Assembly: GCA_036172245.1 (NCBI GenBank)
Contig: JAYWIR010000005.1
Coordinates: 4,216,001-4,280,000, forward strand
Reading direction: 5' to 3'
Length of the DNA stretch: 64,000 nucleotides
Source: Raillietiella orientalis
Taxonomy: Eukaryota
A model generated the notes under the pieces. It searched no databases and had not been told where the DNA came from. It saw only the letters and a list, made by a program, of their open reading frames with translations. The stretch's first letter is position 1. Every line of letters begins with the position of its first letter. The translations under genes were made by a program, and so were the position numbers. Below, in pieces: positions 52,001-64,000 of this stretch.

Positions 52001-53531
52001 CCCTTTCACTGTCAGTATTTTTCTCATGAGCTCCTTGAATCTTCCTGACCTACATTCGTTTCTAAAGATCCTCTGGACCTTCCCCAGACCCAGCTTCTGA
52101 TGATGCGTCCGAGCGGTATCGTGAAGCGTTAAACTTCCGGTAGTGCGTCATGAGCAGCTGATTTACTATCGAATATTAATTGCAAAATGACGGAATGGGG
52201 GAATCCGGAAGATTCCGAGTGTCTTCTGTCTCGCGAAGGTCCGTCTTTCGTAGGATGACAAGTAAATTCTCTTGTCCAGAAGGCACTCAGCCACGTGACC
52301 ATTTTACTTTTTATTTATTTCTTTTTTTTTTACTGACTTCAACATGTCGGCATCTTAGAAAGGCTCCAATCCTTCCCATTTGATCAGCACCGAATCTCAC
52401 ATGCTGAGGATCCTCAGCAAGAACAGCTTCTTGTCTATGCTGCTCACCAGTAGAAATTCATTTTTATTCCTTCGAGTTCCTTTGTGATCAGCTATCACAC
52501 GCGACACAGCTGGAGGACCTCGACACTGTTGAGGCGCATCTGATGAGTGCATCCGTTGCCATATATGAGCGCGAAAGCGACCGGGAACGGCTTCGAGCAT
52601 CGGAATCGCGAAGGTCAAGGGTCGGTTTACAGTCGCAGAGGAGAGCAGATTATTCATTTATTTGTATTAATTTTTTATTTAGATTTACTTATTAATTTTT
52701 TGGAGGAAGGAAACAAGGAGAGCGCAAAAGAATTCCTGCACAGACAAGAGTTCAGGCATGGAAAAGGAAGATGGAGTGGGAACTTGTAGTTGTGGTGGAC
52801 CTTTCAAGGCTCGTTGAGTTGACCCCATAAAAGGAATAAAGAACACGGAAGTCTTTCGAATCTTTCGAATCTCTTCCTTCACTTCGCGTCCATTTCGTCT
52901 TCGAAACGGGAGAGCGCTTCGTTCCTTAGGTAATCGGCAGTCGTCCTTGGATTTGCAGATCTGACACGTGCACAGGATGAAGGAGCCTACGCATCCCGGC
53001 GGGTTCAGCTTTTTCCTCCCTTCCCCTTCTTATGTTGCCGAATCCCGGAATCCTGTTGCCTTCCCGCATGTGAGAGCTACCGGGATGCGTGCGTTCACCG
53101 GGAGCGGAGGCCGCTTCTCGCCCCTCCCCATGCCCTTGCCCTGCCTTCCCGCTGAGCCCCTTCCGCCAAGGATTCCTCGCTCAGCCGCTTTCTTCTGGGT
53201 TCTCTTCTTTCCCTGATGTCGGTAGCAGGCCATCGAGACCGCAAGGACGGTCTCGATGGCGAGAGGCCGCAGGTCGAGAGCACTTCAGGCACGCCGGATG
53301 GAGAATGTGTCCCCTTGGACTGTGGTCCTGCCTGCCGATCCTTATTAAGTCTTCTCTTCTGTTGTCCTCCAGGTCCAGATCTCAGGCATGCCATTGGAAA
53401 GATAAGTCTACTGTTCCCCTTCGACTTGCTGGCGTGCAGCAAAAGGTGGGCGTCCTGGCTCCCCACGCTCCTGCAAGTGCCCAATATATACCCCTCCCTT
53501 TCGCACCGGGAGCGCAAGGGTTTTCCACATG

Positions 53532-54547
53532 GTTTTCGTCCCGGATTTTCCGGGACGTCCATCATCCAAAAAAAATAAATCAGTCTGCTGCATTAGGACC
53601 CTCCGTTCTTCCTACTACGTCCTACCAATCATGGCACGAGTTGCCGGCACGCATACCATCGAGCTACCTCCCGGAAGCGAAGGAGAGGTAGGGGAGGGGA
53701 GGGGATAGCAAACCAAAAAGTGAAGGAAAAAATACATTAAAGAAAGGTACAAGTGTTTGCCCAGGTGAGGGTGAATTCGGGAAGGGGCCTCGCTCGCTGC
53801 TAGACGCGCTCTGCATCCTGTTCAGGATGCTGGCAAGTTCCGTCCGTGTCTCGTCCAGGTGGGGCCATCGCGCGGAGATCCTCAAAAAAGAGTGCATAGG
53901 CAGTACCGAAGGTGGCAGGTGATTTCCCACCCTTGCCGGTGTTGCATTGTCCCCCGCCTCCTTGAAAAAGGATAGTACCGAAGCCAGGGGTGGAGAAGGA
54001 AGCCCACAGGGTTTTACGCGGGTTATCCAGACCTCCTGCAGCGACTGACGAGCGCGTCTGCAATGCTGCAGACAGGAGGAAACTCCTTCGCTCGTGCCGT
54101 AGATCTTCCCCCTTGCGTCAGCTGACTCCGAAACCCAGCAGTACAGCTCGCGGAGAGGCAGGAAATCCAAGCATCCCCCTTCCACAAGGCAACCGTTTAC
54201 CCGAAACTGATACCCATGTCGGGCCGGAGTTCGATGGCTGCCGAGAAGGAACGATGTCGATCCTCGGTAGCCGACCGCTCTCTCGGCGAGGAGGCATGAG
54301 AGGAAGCACCAGTGTGTCGCCCAGTTCTTCGTCACTGGGGCGAGCCTTTTCAACAGGTGCTGATGCTCCGTCTGAAGTTTCATCTGGAAGCCAAGACCAC
54401 CATGCCTATTTGGAGCACACAATTCCTTCAAACGGGCTCGGGATCTTCCGTTGCACCTACAGGGAGGTTCTAAAGGAGGTCCTCCGTTCGTTTTTGGAAC
54501 ATTTGTGGGGGCGGAGCACGGCAATGCACGGATAATCTCTCCGTCTC
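53532..54547 (-). mobile_element. L1/Tx1-like element, 5'-truncated 3' end (copy D)
   Basis: ORF 53664-54524 has LKELCAPNRHGGLG (L1/Tx1 thumb motif) and ARWPHLDETRTELASILNRM. Family 3' stem-loop at 53537-53557. Confidence 0.8.
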
Positions 54548-57479
54548 ATCCGTGCATTGCCGTGCTTCGATTGTTGATCGTTGATCCGTTGCTGTTGGTC
54601 GTTCCTCCGACGACCACCTGGAGGAGCTCGTCGGAACTTGTGCGTGTTTTGCACGTGTTTCCCTCCCTCGTGCCTTCGCGAAGGATGGTGGTCGTTCTGC
54701 CCAGTCCGAGAGTTTGACTGTCGTTTCACGGTATGAAGCATCTCAGACCGTCCTTTCTTCCTGCCTCCGACAGCCGGTCGCAGACTGCAGCTTCGTTTCT
54801 CTGGCCGCCGCGCTTCGATACTGACCACTCATCGCTCTGGTTGCGTCGTTCCTAGTGACAGACTTGGGAGGGACAAGCGTCGGAGAACCACCATCCCAAC
54901 TGCGGCGCGCCGAACCGTGACGTGCCCTGCTTCCAGCTGCTGGGTCACGGCGATGCCCTCCAGCTCGCTGAATCCGTGCCAGAGCACATCTAGAAGCTCC
55001 AGTGTCCTCGGCTGTGCTCAGCTGCTGGCGTCTGGGCTGCAGTACGAACAAGTACTCCTAACAGCGTTCTTCTTGAGAGAAAAGAAAGGATGCTCCAGTT
55101 ACCAGATCTCCCTCCTGAGAGTGCTCAACGGTTCTTTTTTCTTCGCAAAGGTCAGTTTTACCACAGCATCACAGCCCGACTTCCTCGCTTCGAAGTCTCA
55201 GTTGTCCTGGTTTCCCGAGTCTCCATGGTCCGTTCTCAGGAAAGAGATTGATCGTTATAAGTCTTCAGCCTCATGAAAAACTTCTGCATCACGTAAAAAG
55301 AGCCTTCGTCTCCTTCGAGATGATCTTCGTTCTAAGACTACTTTCTTCCTTCTACCACCATCGTTCGTCTTTATCTTGGTTTCCTCTTAAGACGAAACCA
55401 TCAAGGAGCTCTTGGAGTGCCCTTTTCCACATGAGGAAAGCATTCAAGGCGCTTGCACCTCCAGCTCCCCCCACGGCACATCCCTCACCACCACAGTAAT
55501 AAATATGATGACCGGGGAGCACCGGTGACTTTCTGCTCCGCATCAGCGATTCCCCAGCTTTGCCTTCGCAAGACGGAAGGGCATTTCCTCATCCCTCACC
55601 GCTCCCACCACCGTGACCCGCAGGAGGCTGGGTCTGTCAGGAAGGAAAGCCGCAGCCTACCCTATCTCAAATCCGCTTGCCGCGGATCCGAGATGTCCAG
55701 GAGCGCTTCGTTTCGGGACAGTCCGGAGACCGACTGCGAGCACGCGGTGACCAGTGGGCATCCCGCGGGCGAGCTCGTAATGCGGAGTAGAGAACCTCCT
55801 CTTCTCCCTGTTTCCTCGCCAACGCCCCACCCCTCGAAGGAGCATGCGTTCGGCTTCCTCTCCTGTCCCTCCGTGCATATCCCTGCCTGCTGCTGCTGAT
55901 AACAGTTGTGAAGAGGAAGACACTAAGCGAAAGAAGGCAGTCCGCGAGACAATTACGGTTCCGATGAGAAGTCCAACCAGCCGAAAGAGAAGGAGGAAGG
56001 GCACAGGAGGGGAAAATGATGGCAGGTGGAGATGGAGGAGTGCTGTTCTTGACCCCCTCGTTTGATCAGTCGGAAGTGCTCCCCACGTCATTCAAGAGAA
56101 GGAATGGTCCTTTCAAAGGCTCAAGTCGCCCTCCGGAAAGGGGAAGAAGGAGAGACCTGGAATCCTCACGGCCTTCGGCTCTTTCCCGTTTCATCGTTGA
56201 TTTGAACGATAGTCAGGCTGCAGCTTCAAGGAAAAACGAATGCAGCAGCATGACGAAAGCTTCTCCCAGCTCATGAACATCTTTCTCACTCTTGAGTCCA
56301 GCGTCCTTGTTGCGCTTGCTTCGCCACCTTTCGTGATCCAGGAATTGAACCTCGTGCTACTGGCACTCGACAGGGGAGAGACCCTTTATTGAGACCATTT
56401 TACCCATATCTCCTTTGGGGGTGGTTTCTTCTCTTCGAAAGATTCCGGAGTTCAGCTTCGGAGGAGACTCAAAGAGGTCCCCTCTTCTGAGTCTTCCATA
56501 TCTCCGTTGGCCCTTTCAACGACTTGACCCACGTTCCGTGGACTGAGTTGTGGAAGTTCGCCCTCTGACGCATGTCATGTCCAATTTGGTCATCCATGGT
56601 TGTTTGGACCTCTCAGCGACTTGGCTTTGTCTACTCGGCTAAACAACACTCCTGAATCTTCCGACTGTTTCGTTTAGAGAATGGCGATATGTGAGGCTGG
56701 TGATTTTTGCCGCCACTCTGTCAGTAAGGTGAGCTGTTTGGGTCAAGGGATATTTTGGTTTCTTTGCGTCATCGAGATTCTTCATGTGCTCGACCAATCG
56801 CTGTGGTTCTTTCCACATGCGATTGGAACCGCGCCTTTTTCTGTTTACGCTTGCATGTCAGCCTTGTTAGTTTACCTCACTCTTTCCTCCTTGGGCTTTC
56901 CTTGCACGTCGGGCCTGTGGTCGCGTTCTCCGACATCTGCCTGTGGTTGCCGCCTTCCAGTGGGACTCCTTTCAGGGACTCCTTCCTCTTCCCTGAAGTT
57001 GCATTCACTGGGTGTTCTGGAGACTTCCTCGTGAGCTCCGCCAGATTGCAGACGCAAAACACCTCTGCGGCTGGGTGCGCACGCGTTGCAGGCGCCCTTC
57101 CTGAACGCGGCTGCAGCCCTTCGTCCGAGGGCGAACTGCCACTCGATGACCGAACTGCCTGCATCCGACATCGTATCTTCGCTTCAAAGTTGGGAGCTCA
57201 GGTCAGTGTTGACAACACCCAGGATGATCACATCCTCGTTCATCCGGCTAAGGTCCTGCTCGCCAGGCTGCAGAGCTGTACATCCTTCGCCACCCCACAT
57301 TGGGGCGTGGAGTGCTCCAGAAGCATCATAGGGCTGGTGTGCAGATTGATACCGGACGAAGGTGCTGTTGTGAGCACAACCATCTCTCCGATGCGAAGGG
57401 CAAAGAAATTAGGTGGTTGAACCATGGGCCAGTTCACAGACTCTGCGAACCCAAGTGCCCCACCGGAGGGACCACTGCG

Positions 57480-58227
57480 TCGGGGTGATCTGCTGGGAAT
57501 CCTACAGGAAGACTTCGAGTGGCCTCCAGTTCTGAAGAACGACCAAGGCCTCCCCCTGAATAGTGGAAGAGGTCGGCACTTCTGCTGTTGCACTGAGGCC
57601 TCCCATGCAACGTCTGCCGGTCTCACTGGACCTGAGGGCTGTGGACCCTAACTGTTGCAGGTGCGGGGAACGGCAATTCCTCTCGCATGTGCTTGTAGAC
57701 TGTGTTGCCCTCGTCTCCTGTGGTTGCATTACGCAACTGCCCTTGGAGCACCGACGGACAATCCCAGGGACGTGATGAAGCGCCTCTTCGTGCGCGACGC
57801 CCTTTCGTCTGCCGCATCCCTAACATCTCTGCTGAATCGTGGCGTCCTGGAGCCACGAGAGAGGAGGACGGCACGACAGGGACTCCATCTGCTTCGCCCT
57901 GCGCTTCCTGCGGACGGCAGCAATATGGCCCTACCTGGGGCACACTCAGATGGAACTTGCCGACATCCTGGAAAGGATGCCGATGGAGCCCTCCAGAGGA
58001 CGGTGATTCCTTCCCGTGCCCCCAGAGTTTTTTTTTATTATTGATTTTTTATTTATTTTTATTTTTGTTTGCCTTTTCCCTCCCTTCGCTGCCGAGGCAA
58101 ACCTCGCCGGCCTGCGTGCTGGCTACTCGGCAGGCTCCGAACCTTTTCGGAAGATCTGGGGCCGATAGCCCTACACATGTACGTTTATTTTTTATAATAA
58201 GCGTCCCGGCGTGATCAGGTGATAAAC
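57480..58227 (+). mobile_element. L1/Tx1-like element 3' end (copy E)
   Basis: + strand VDPNCCRCGERQFLSHVLVDCVAL (zf-RVT) and AIWPYLGHTQMELADILERM (matches copy D). Family 3' motif at 58196-58227. Confidence 0.8.
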
Positions 58228-60729
58228 CATCTCTCCGATGCTGTGAAGGATGGACCCACAGAAACTTGTGTTCCATTCGATTAGGGACCTCCGTTGTTCA
58301 CAGTCCGCGTAGGCTGTGATATGATGTGTCTCGAGTGATGGAAGCCACGCTCTTAGCAGTTGGCGCCGCCGCCGCCGCCGCCGTCAGGCGCCAGCCTTTT
58401 TCCTTCGCACTGCAAGCTCCTCACACGGAAGAGGTCCGAGAAAGGGAAAGGAGAAACAAAACAGAACGCGTGCCCGAGAATTTTCCTCACTTCTTCCCCC
58501 TTCCTATGAGGGGAAAAAAGAGAGAGTTCCAGAATTTGATGCCTTCCGCTGCGGGCGAGATGCAAACTTCGCAATCGCGGAAGATGGCCAGCGGAGAACA
58601 GCATTTGCTACTGCTGCCGACTGGCATCTTGAAGTGATAGTACCCTCAGGGGTACTCTCACTTCGAGATGCTCAGGATCCTTCGAAATGCTCAGTATCCC
58701 TTAGGGATCAGACTCAGGGAAGGGTCTGACTGGTAGCTGGGAGACGAGTTGGAACCATCCCTCACGGGAAGGGGCAGGGGAACAGGTTTGGTGGCAGTGG
58801 TTCCGGTTTATCCTGAAGAGGCGAGAGCCAACTCCCGCCTTTGGCTCCGGTGGAGCAACCAGAGGAGCCAAAGGGAAGAGAGGAGGAGCGACAGGCGTCA
58901 AGACAGGAGAGTTCCTTCTGTTCCGCGAGTCCAGCTCACGCCGAAGGAGTGCTTTCGCGTCTTCCCTGCACGGCAGTTGCACTCGGCGGTGTTCTCCACT
59001 GATGACCAGCTCTGCGCGCCAGTCGCTCTCCGAAGTCATCGGCGTCTACCGCTTCACACTCCAGGCACCATCCAGGAAGGAGGTGAAGCAGGAGAGGAGA
59101 GAAGACCCCCCTCACTACTCCAACCCTGGCAGAACGTTCTGCACCTGATGATGATGGTGAAGATGATGAAAAAAAAAAAGAAAAAAAAGAGGCATCTCAG
59201 ATGATGCCTTTCCTTTCCCCAAGCTTTCCACGTTTGCACATCCAAGATGCCACATCTGCTTCGGACGCGCAGGAGCAGTAAAAATCGAGTACTGAATGCA
59301 GGACAGATGAGTTTTTTTTTTTTTTAAAAAAAAAGACGCTTGATGCATTTAAAAAGGCGCCTGATGAATGGGGCCAGCAACACGTGTGGTGCCGCGTCTC
59401 GTTTTTATTGGGAGCTACGCTACTCGAGAGAAGGAATCGCCGTGTTCTTGGTGTTCAAAATGGTCATTTTATCAAAGGAGACGGGAGAAATCGAGTGCTG
59501 TGATTTTGGCAACACTACGACGAGCTTGAACAATGGCTATCGATCTCTGAAGAGTCACGTGATGATGACGCTTGCCTCCTTGGCTCAGTTTGTGCGCATG
59601 CGAATTCAACGCGAGGCTAGACTCACGTGAAGTGTTACCACGCAATGTTTTGAATTTCGAATCTCGATTCGAAATATCTCGAATTCTCGTTACCCGCGGT
59701 CCAACAAGGCTCAGCCCCGTAAGGGGCGGCGATGAGGTGATCTTCGAAAATCTCGATCTTTCGAAACGTGTTAATCAAGGAATGGTAACGACATGACAAA
59801 ACCACGACACCGACAGAAAAGTGATTCTTGATGGCAGCACGTCCATGGCTTTCACGCATAACCTCCGACGATGATTATCAGAAGCCATGTAGCGACCGAA
59901 AAAGCGAAGCGCCTTTAATTTCAGGAGCTACGAACGTGAACGGAATCTATAAAACTGTAAATCAGTGTCAGCAATGCACGCAAAAGGGTTGCTGCAGGGT
60001 TTATCACTTTGCCTCGTTAAAGGAGAGTACAAGGACGTACGTTTGGAGACCGATTGCTGCTCGTGAAGTCTGGAACGAGCATGCCTGCAATGAGTTCTCG
60101 GACAGTCGGGCAAGTCCCAAGCAGAGAGAGAATGGTGTAGGACACTTTCTGCCTGCATGCCGTGCAGACGGGAAAGGGAAGTGGGGTCTAGGATTTCAAA
60201 CACAAGCGCGAGGTTAAAAGGAACTCAAGAAGCAAGGCGTTTCGGCTGCCATATGCCGCCGCCGAGCACTTCCTTAATGCTTCGGCACTGTGTCTCTAAG
60301 AGGGGATACCCTCAGAAAAGGGGGGAAACCGATGCATCATCGCAGGGCGCAAATGTTTGAGATGCTCTTCTTACTACGTTGCGCACGGGATTCCTCGCAA
60401 CAGGGTCTCTCCTCGAAGAACTCTGACCGACTTCTCAAGTGATTGATAAACAGGGATCGGAAATGCAGGCCATCGACTCTTCCCAAATTGATGCTCGCAG
60501 ACGCGATGTTTGTCTTTGTCAGGGACGACGGACCCCGCGCCGCCAAGGGAAGAGGCGCATTGATTTGGCCACGTGAAGCATCTCTTGCCATCGCTCCTGC
60601 GCCGAGCGGCTTTGGCGTGGTCCTTACGCGAACAGAGTCGCATCAGAATCAGACACGGTCGCCTCGTCGGGATGTATCGAACTGAGATCTCATTTACCCT
60701 CCGTCCTGCCTGGAACCTTCGTTTCTTGT

Positions 60730-60778
60730 TCTCTCTCTCTCTCTCTTTCTCAAAGAAGAAGAAGAGGAAGAAGAAAGG
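60730..60778 (+). repeat. Adjacent (CT)n and (AAG)n microsatellites
   Basis: tctctctctctctctttctcaaagaagaagaagaggaagaagaaagg read directly. Confidence 0.8.
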
Positions 60779-60929
60779 ACCTCGCGCAGTGTTCGCCCTC
60801 GCCCACTGCTGCTGGCTTTTCTTTTCATGTCCGCGAGATGGTTCACAAGGTCCGTCAGGCATGCGCCTGCCTGTTTGGCAACGGTCTGAAAGCCCTCCCA
60901 GGATTTCGGAGGAGAGCCAGGTTCACCCC

Positions 60930-61500
60930 GAACGCGGAGGAGCTCTCCACGAGTAATGATGCTGTCTAAAGTCGGGATACGAAATCGACACAACCGCATT
61001 ATCTGCGACAGACTCCCGGGTCCTGGCTCTATCTTCCGGATTAGAAAGATGCATCTCCATGTCGACGAGGAGCGAACGTCGATCTTCCCGCATAAATCTT
61101 ACGTGAAAACGGCTACTGCGGTTGATAATTCTCAGAGAGAGCTCGAGGGAGCGGCCTCTAGCGTGGATCGCGTGCCAGTCCGGCGGCGAAGGCGACGAAC
61201 TGCCGGGAAGCCTCCGCTCTCGGTCCCTCCTTGCGTGCCGAAGTCTGGTTCCTTCCTGGAGTCCGGGAAAGGGTTGGCAGGAATTTCCCTTCTCCTCTTG
61301 CGCTCCTAGAAAGAGTGGCAGGAGATCGGTGGGGGAGAACCCGACACCCTCCCGCCCAGTAGTAGGAAGCCGCAGGCCGACGGAGACGCGGTCCAGGCAT
61401 TTCGGATGCTGGCTGTCTTTGCAGAAAGGAACGTAGGGGTGCAACTCGACCGACTTCATCCCTCCCTGCGGTCCGGTGTCCATCGTTTTCCTCAACCTTC
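60930..61500 (-). mobile_element. Probable decayed L1-clade endonuclease fragment
   Basis: - strand HARGRSL..LRII...EDRRSLLVD...SNPEDR (cf. ARGVAIL...D..GR.L.VD...Y.PN). Confidence 0.35.
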
Positions 61501-63199
61501 ATTGTCCAGAGTCGCCAGCCTTCCAGATCCGGGCGCTGATCACATCTTTTCTCCCTGTCTCCTCACACGGAGGGCATTTCGGAGTTCGAGGGGCACCTGG
61601 GAGACATCTGAAATGGTCTTTCGCTGGAGCGAAGAGAGCAGTAGGGAGAACTGCTGTGGTCATTCCTCAATGCTCCCTCTACGCTAATCGAACTCGAGCC
61701 CTTCTGCTGCATCCAGCGCGTCAGCTAGGGTTCGCACTTTGGCACTTGTCTTCCTAGGACCCCCCTCCCCTAGTCCCAAGCTTGACCGGAGGCATCTCAT
61801 GCAAGAGAACCTGGCACGACTGGCCACGCTTGCGTCCAAGTTTCCTCTGCGTTCCTGTCGGGTTCGGGTCTAGCACGCGTTTGGACACTTCTAGGATCGT
61901 CTTCGGGAGGCTCTGCGAGATCTAGGCGGTGATACTCCGCAGCCCTGGTCACCACCCGCCTCCTTCTTTAACAGACCAATCGGTATCTCAGTAGCTGAAA
62001 TGCTTCCTCCCTGTCTCAGGAAGGTTTCTTGTCATCAGGACTCAGCATACAAAAAGGGCGGCTGTTCCGAAGACGGCAGCAGTCGTGTCGCGGGATGGAA
62101 CGCTCGCTTCCCTGTGAGTCTCCCGCCCGGCATCTTCGCTCTCGCGCCTCCCGTTCCGCGCCTCCCCTGGCACTCTTCACCGGCCACAAAGAAATGTCAG
62201 ACCAGGTGAACAATAGATCATCCGATCTGCCAGAACGTCTTGAAGAACTCAGTTTGCAGGCTGCTCGCCAGAGGGAGGATTCTGGTTCCTGCAGCAGGAG
62301 CATGAAGGGCTTGCACCCTGAATCTTGGCCGGCTGGTCGGACTTCAGCAACATCGTCCAGGAAGCCAAGGGACTAAGAATCTTTCTCACCTGCAAGTGAC
62401 GCTGTTGCTTTCTTCAGGGTCTCCTGGTCCACTTTTCTCCGTTCGATGCGTTGGTGGTCATTTCGCGCATTAATTCGCCGTATGTGTCCACCTCATTTCA
62501 CAGGGAACTTCATCTGAGGAGAAGATGGGAAACGGGTGAAGGATTGGTCTGTCCATCGGTGCATTATGGGGGAGGGAAGGGGTAAACGTTGCCAAGCATC
62601 TTGGAACACTGCGTACTGCGCCGCCGACTCTACATCAGGCCATGGTCTCTATCCCGCCTTCCTCACGAGCCCGTAGTTCCATCAAGGAATTACTAACCAT
62701 GGCCGCTGTATCCCAATCGAAACTTCCAGTGTCTACTCCGACAGTGTTGGATTTTTGAGCCCACCGTCTCTTTCCTGATTCGCGCCTTCTGTCTCCCGAG
62801 GATCTTCAGCTCTTCTTCAGCGGTGGAGAAAGAGGAACCCTTCTCTCCAGAAATAGGGTAGACGAGAGTGGCCTGGATCTTGGGTCGATTGTCCCAGAGC
62901 TCTCCTGTGTTTCATGTCCCGGTTTGGATCATTTGGTCGCAACCCGCACGCTAACGGTAAAGATAGGGAATGAATCTCCGAGATGAAGGCCGTACCCTTC
63001 TTGCGTTTTCTCTACCTCCGCTGCTCTCAGGTGGAAGATGGCCAGCAAGGTGGCAGCTGGCAGGCCGAAGAGAGCGCAGGTCTTGGAACATCGTCAGAAA
63101 GTTTATGTCCCTCTACGACGCGTGCGTATCCCTGCTAGAGTCTGAGGCATTTCCGATGCATGTGAAGAAGGGTTCCTACTGGTCCGCTACGGGAGCATT

Positions 63200-64000
63200 C
63201 CCTAGGAAACATCTTCGCAGAAGAGGGACTTCTGCAGTTTCGAGGGAGTTCTTAGCAACCAAAAGTTGTTCTGGTTCTGGAAGCGAGTGGGAGGACGAAG
63301 GCACTCATCAGGAAGCTTGAGATCTAGAGTTATTCTTGAAAAATCCCAAAAAGGTGGGTCAACCCAGCTTTGCAGGCCCTGAGCGATCTTTGGGATTGGC
63401 TTTGCTGGACAGCAAAGCCCATCTCCCATTGAACTAGGGACCAGGTTACTCCTAAGATCCGGCAGCCACCTCGCAGGAAAATTTGCCTTGGAAGGGGGAG
63501 CAGCTCTAGCGGAGATGCTGCAATGGTGTCGCGATGCCCCCTAGAGGACAGGTTTCTGATATCCAGGATCTTGTCTAGGGGAAGTTTCTCCGAGCGACAA
63601 GCGGTACCATTGCTGGGGAAGGTTGGTCTCCGTCCGGAGGCACCTACGTCTCCAGTGATCCCTCCAGTCAAGCGCTCCTGCTCAGTCAGTGACAGGTTAT
63701 TCCCTCGTGATCCTGGGGAAGCACCGTAGTCGGACGCAGCGGATGGTGCGAGCTTCTCCTGCTCGTGTGGTTGCAGAAAGCAACGAGGTCCTTCACGATG
63801 TTTTGTTCTTCTTGAGAAGACACCAGTGTACGTCCTTCATACCGCCGACATGGGTCTCCCCCGAGGGCAGCCCACGGCAAGACAAACGAAGCTTTCCTTG
63901 GGCGAGCTCCGGGCGTTCCGTAGGTTCCCCTCCCCACACTTTTCGAGAGGAGCGGGACGGTCTCCCAGCCGGTTCCACTTCCCTCGGGACACCCACCGAT
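63200..64000 (-). mobile_element. Decayed L1-clade RT/thumb remnant running off the window edge
   Basis: - strand SG(fs)RLGDRPAPL (cf. SGVRQGDPLSPL), GMKDV (YADD-like), DKILDIRNLSSRG (cf. KI..W..R.LS.RG), FLRGG...VTWSLV. Confidence 0.45.

Noticed and set aside
52402..52419. 18-bp perfect palindrome tgctgaggatcctcagca
   Set aside because: A 9-bp arm palindrome is not improbable in 64 kb and has no supporting context.
58326..58637. ORF with a poly-Ala tract as a transcription-factor exon
   Set aside because: The tract comes from a short (GCC)n microsatellite; no recognisable domain or convincing splice sites.
59654..59675. 10-bp inverted repeat atttcgaatc-tc-gattcgaaat, and a 9-bp one at 50038-50063
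   Set aside because: Short; the first is in TCGA-rich low-complexity sequence; compatible with chance.

Overview
Eukaryotic (animal, probably invertebrate) genomic DNA. An AT-rich, CpG-depleted gene island (~7.3-34.7 kb) carries three spliced housekeeping genes that I reconstructed exon by exon with GT-AG introns and consistent phases: glyoxalase II/HAGH (- strand, 6 coding exons, 262 aa), a mitochondrial PPR protein of the PTCD1 type (- strand, 10 exons, 638 aa) and ORC1 (+ strand, 9 exons, 805 aa). The flanks (1-7 kb, 34.7-64 kb) are GC- and CpG-rich and are mostly decayed L1/Tx1-clade non-LTR retrotransposon fragments. There is also a fold-back mariner derivative (3969-4732) and a probable pogo/Tigger remnant. 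The most interesting observations are: (i) five diverged copies of one L1/Tx1-like family share a non-coding 3' terminus (CCTGCGTG box in four, AATAAA-like signal in three, GC stem-loop in all five) with no poly(A) tail; (ii) short near-perfect hairpins lie at the 5' junctions of LINE fragments; (iii) the mariner is built from two 3' ends with near-identical arms and TG instead of TA flanks; (iv) PTCD1 shows a steep 5'-to-3' CpG gradient. No tRNA, rRNA or CRISPR array was seen, and I found no clearly new gene system. All TE assignments rest on motif recognition by eye and need HMM or alignment confirmation.
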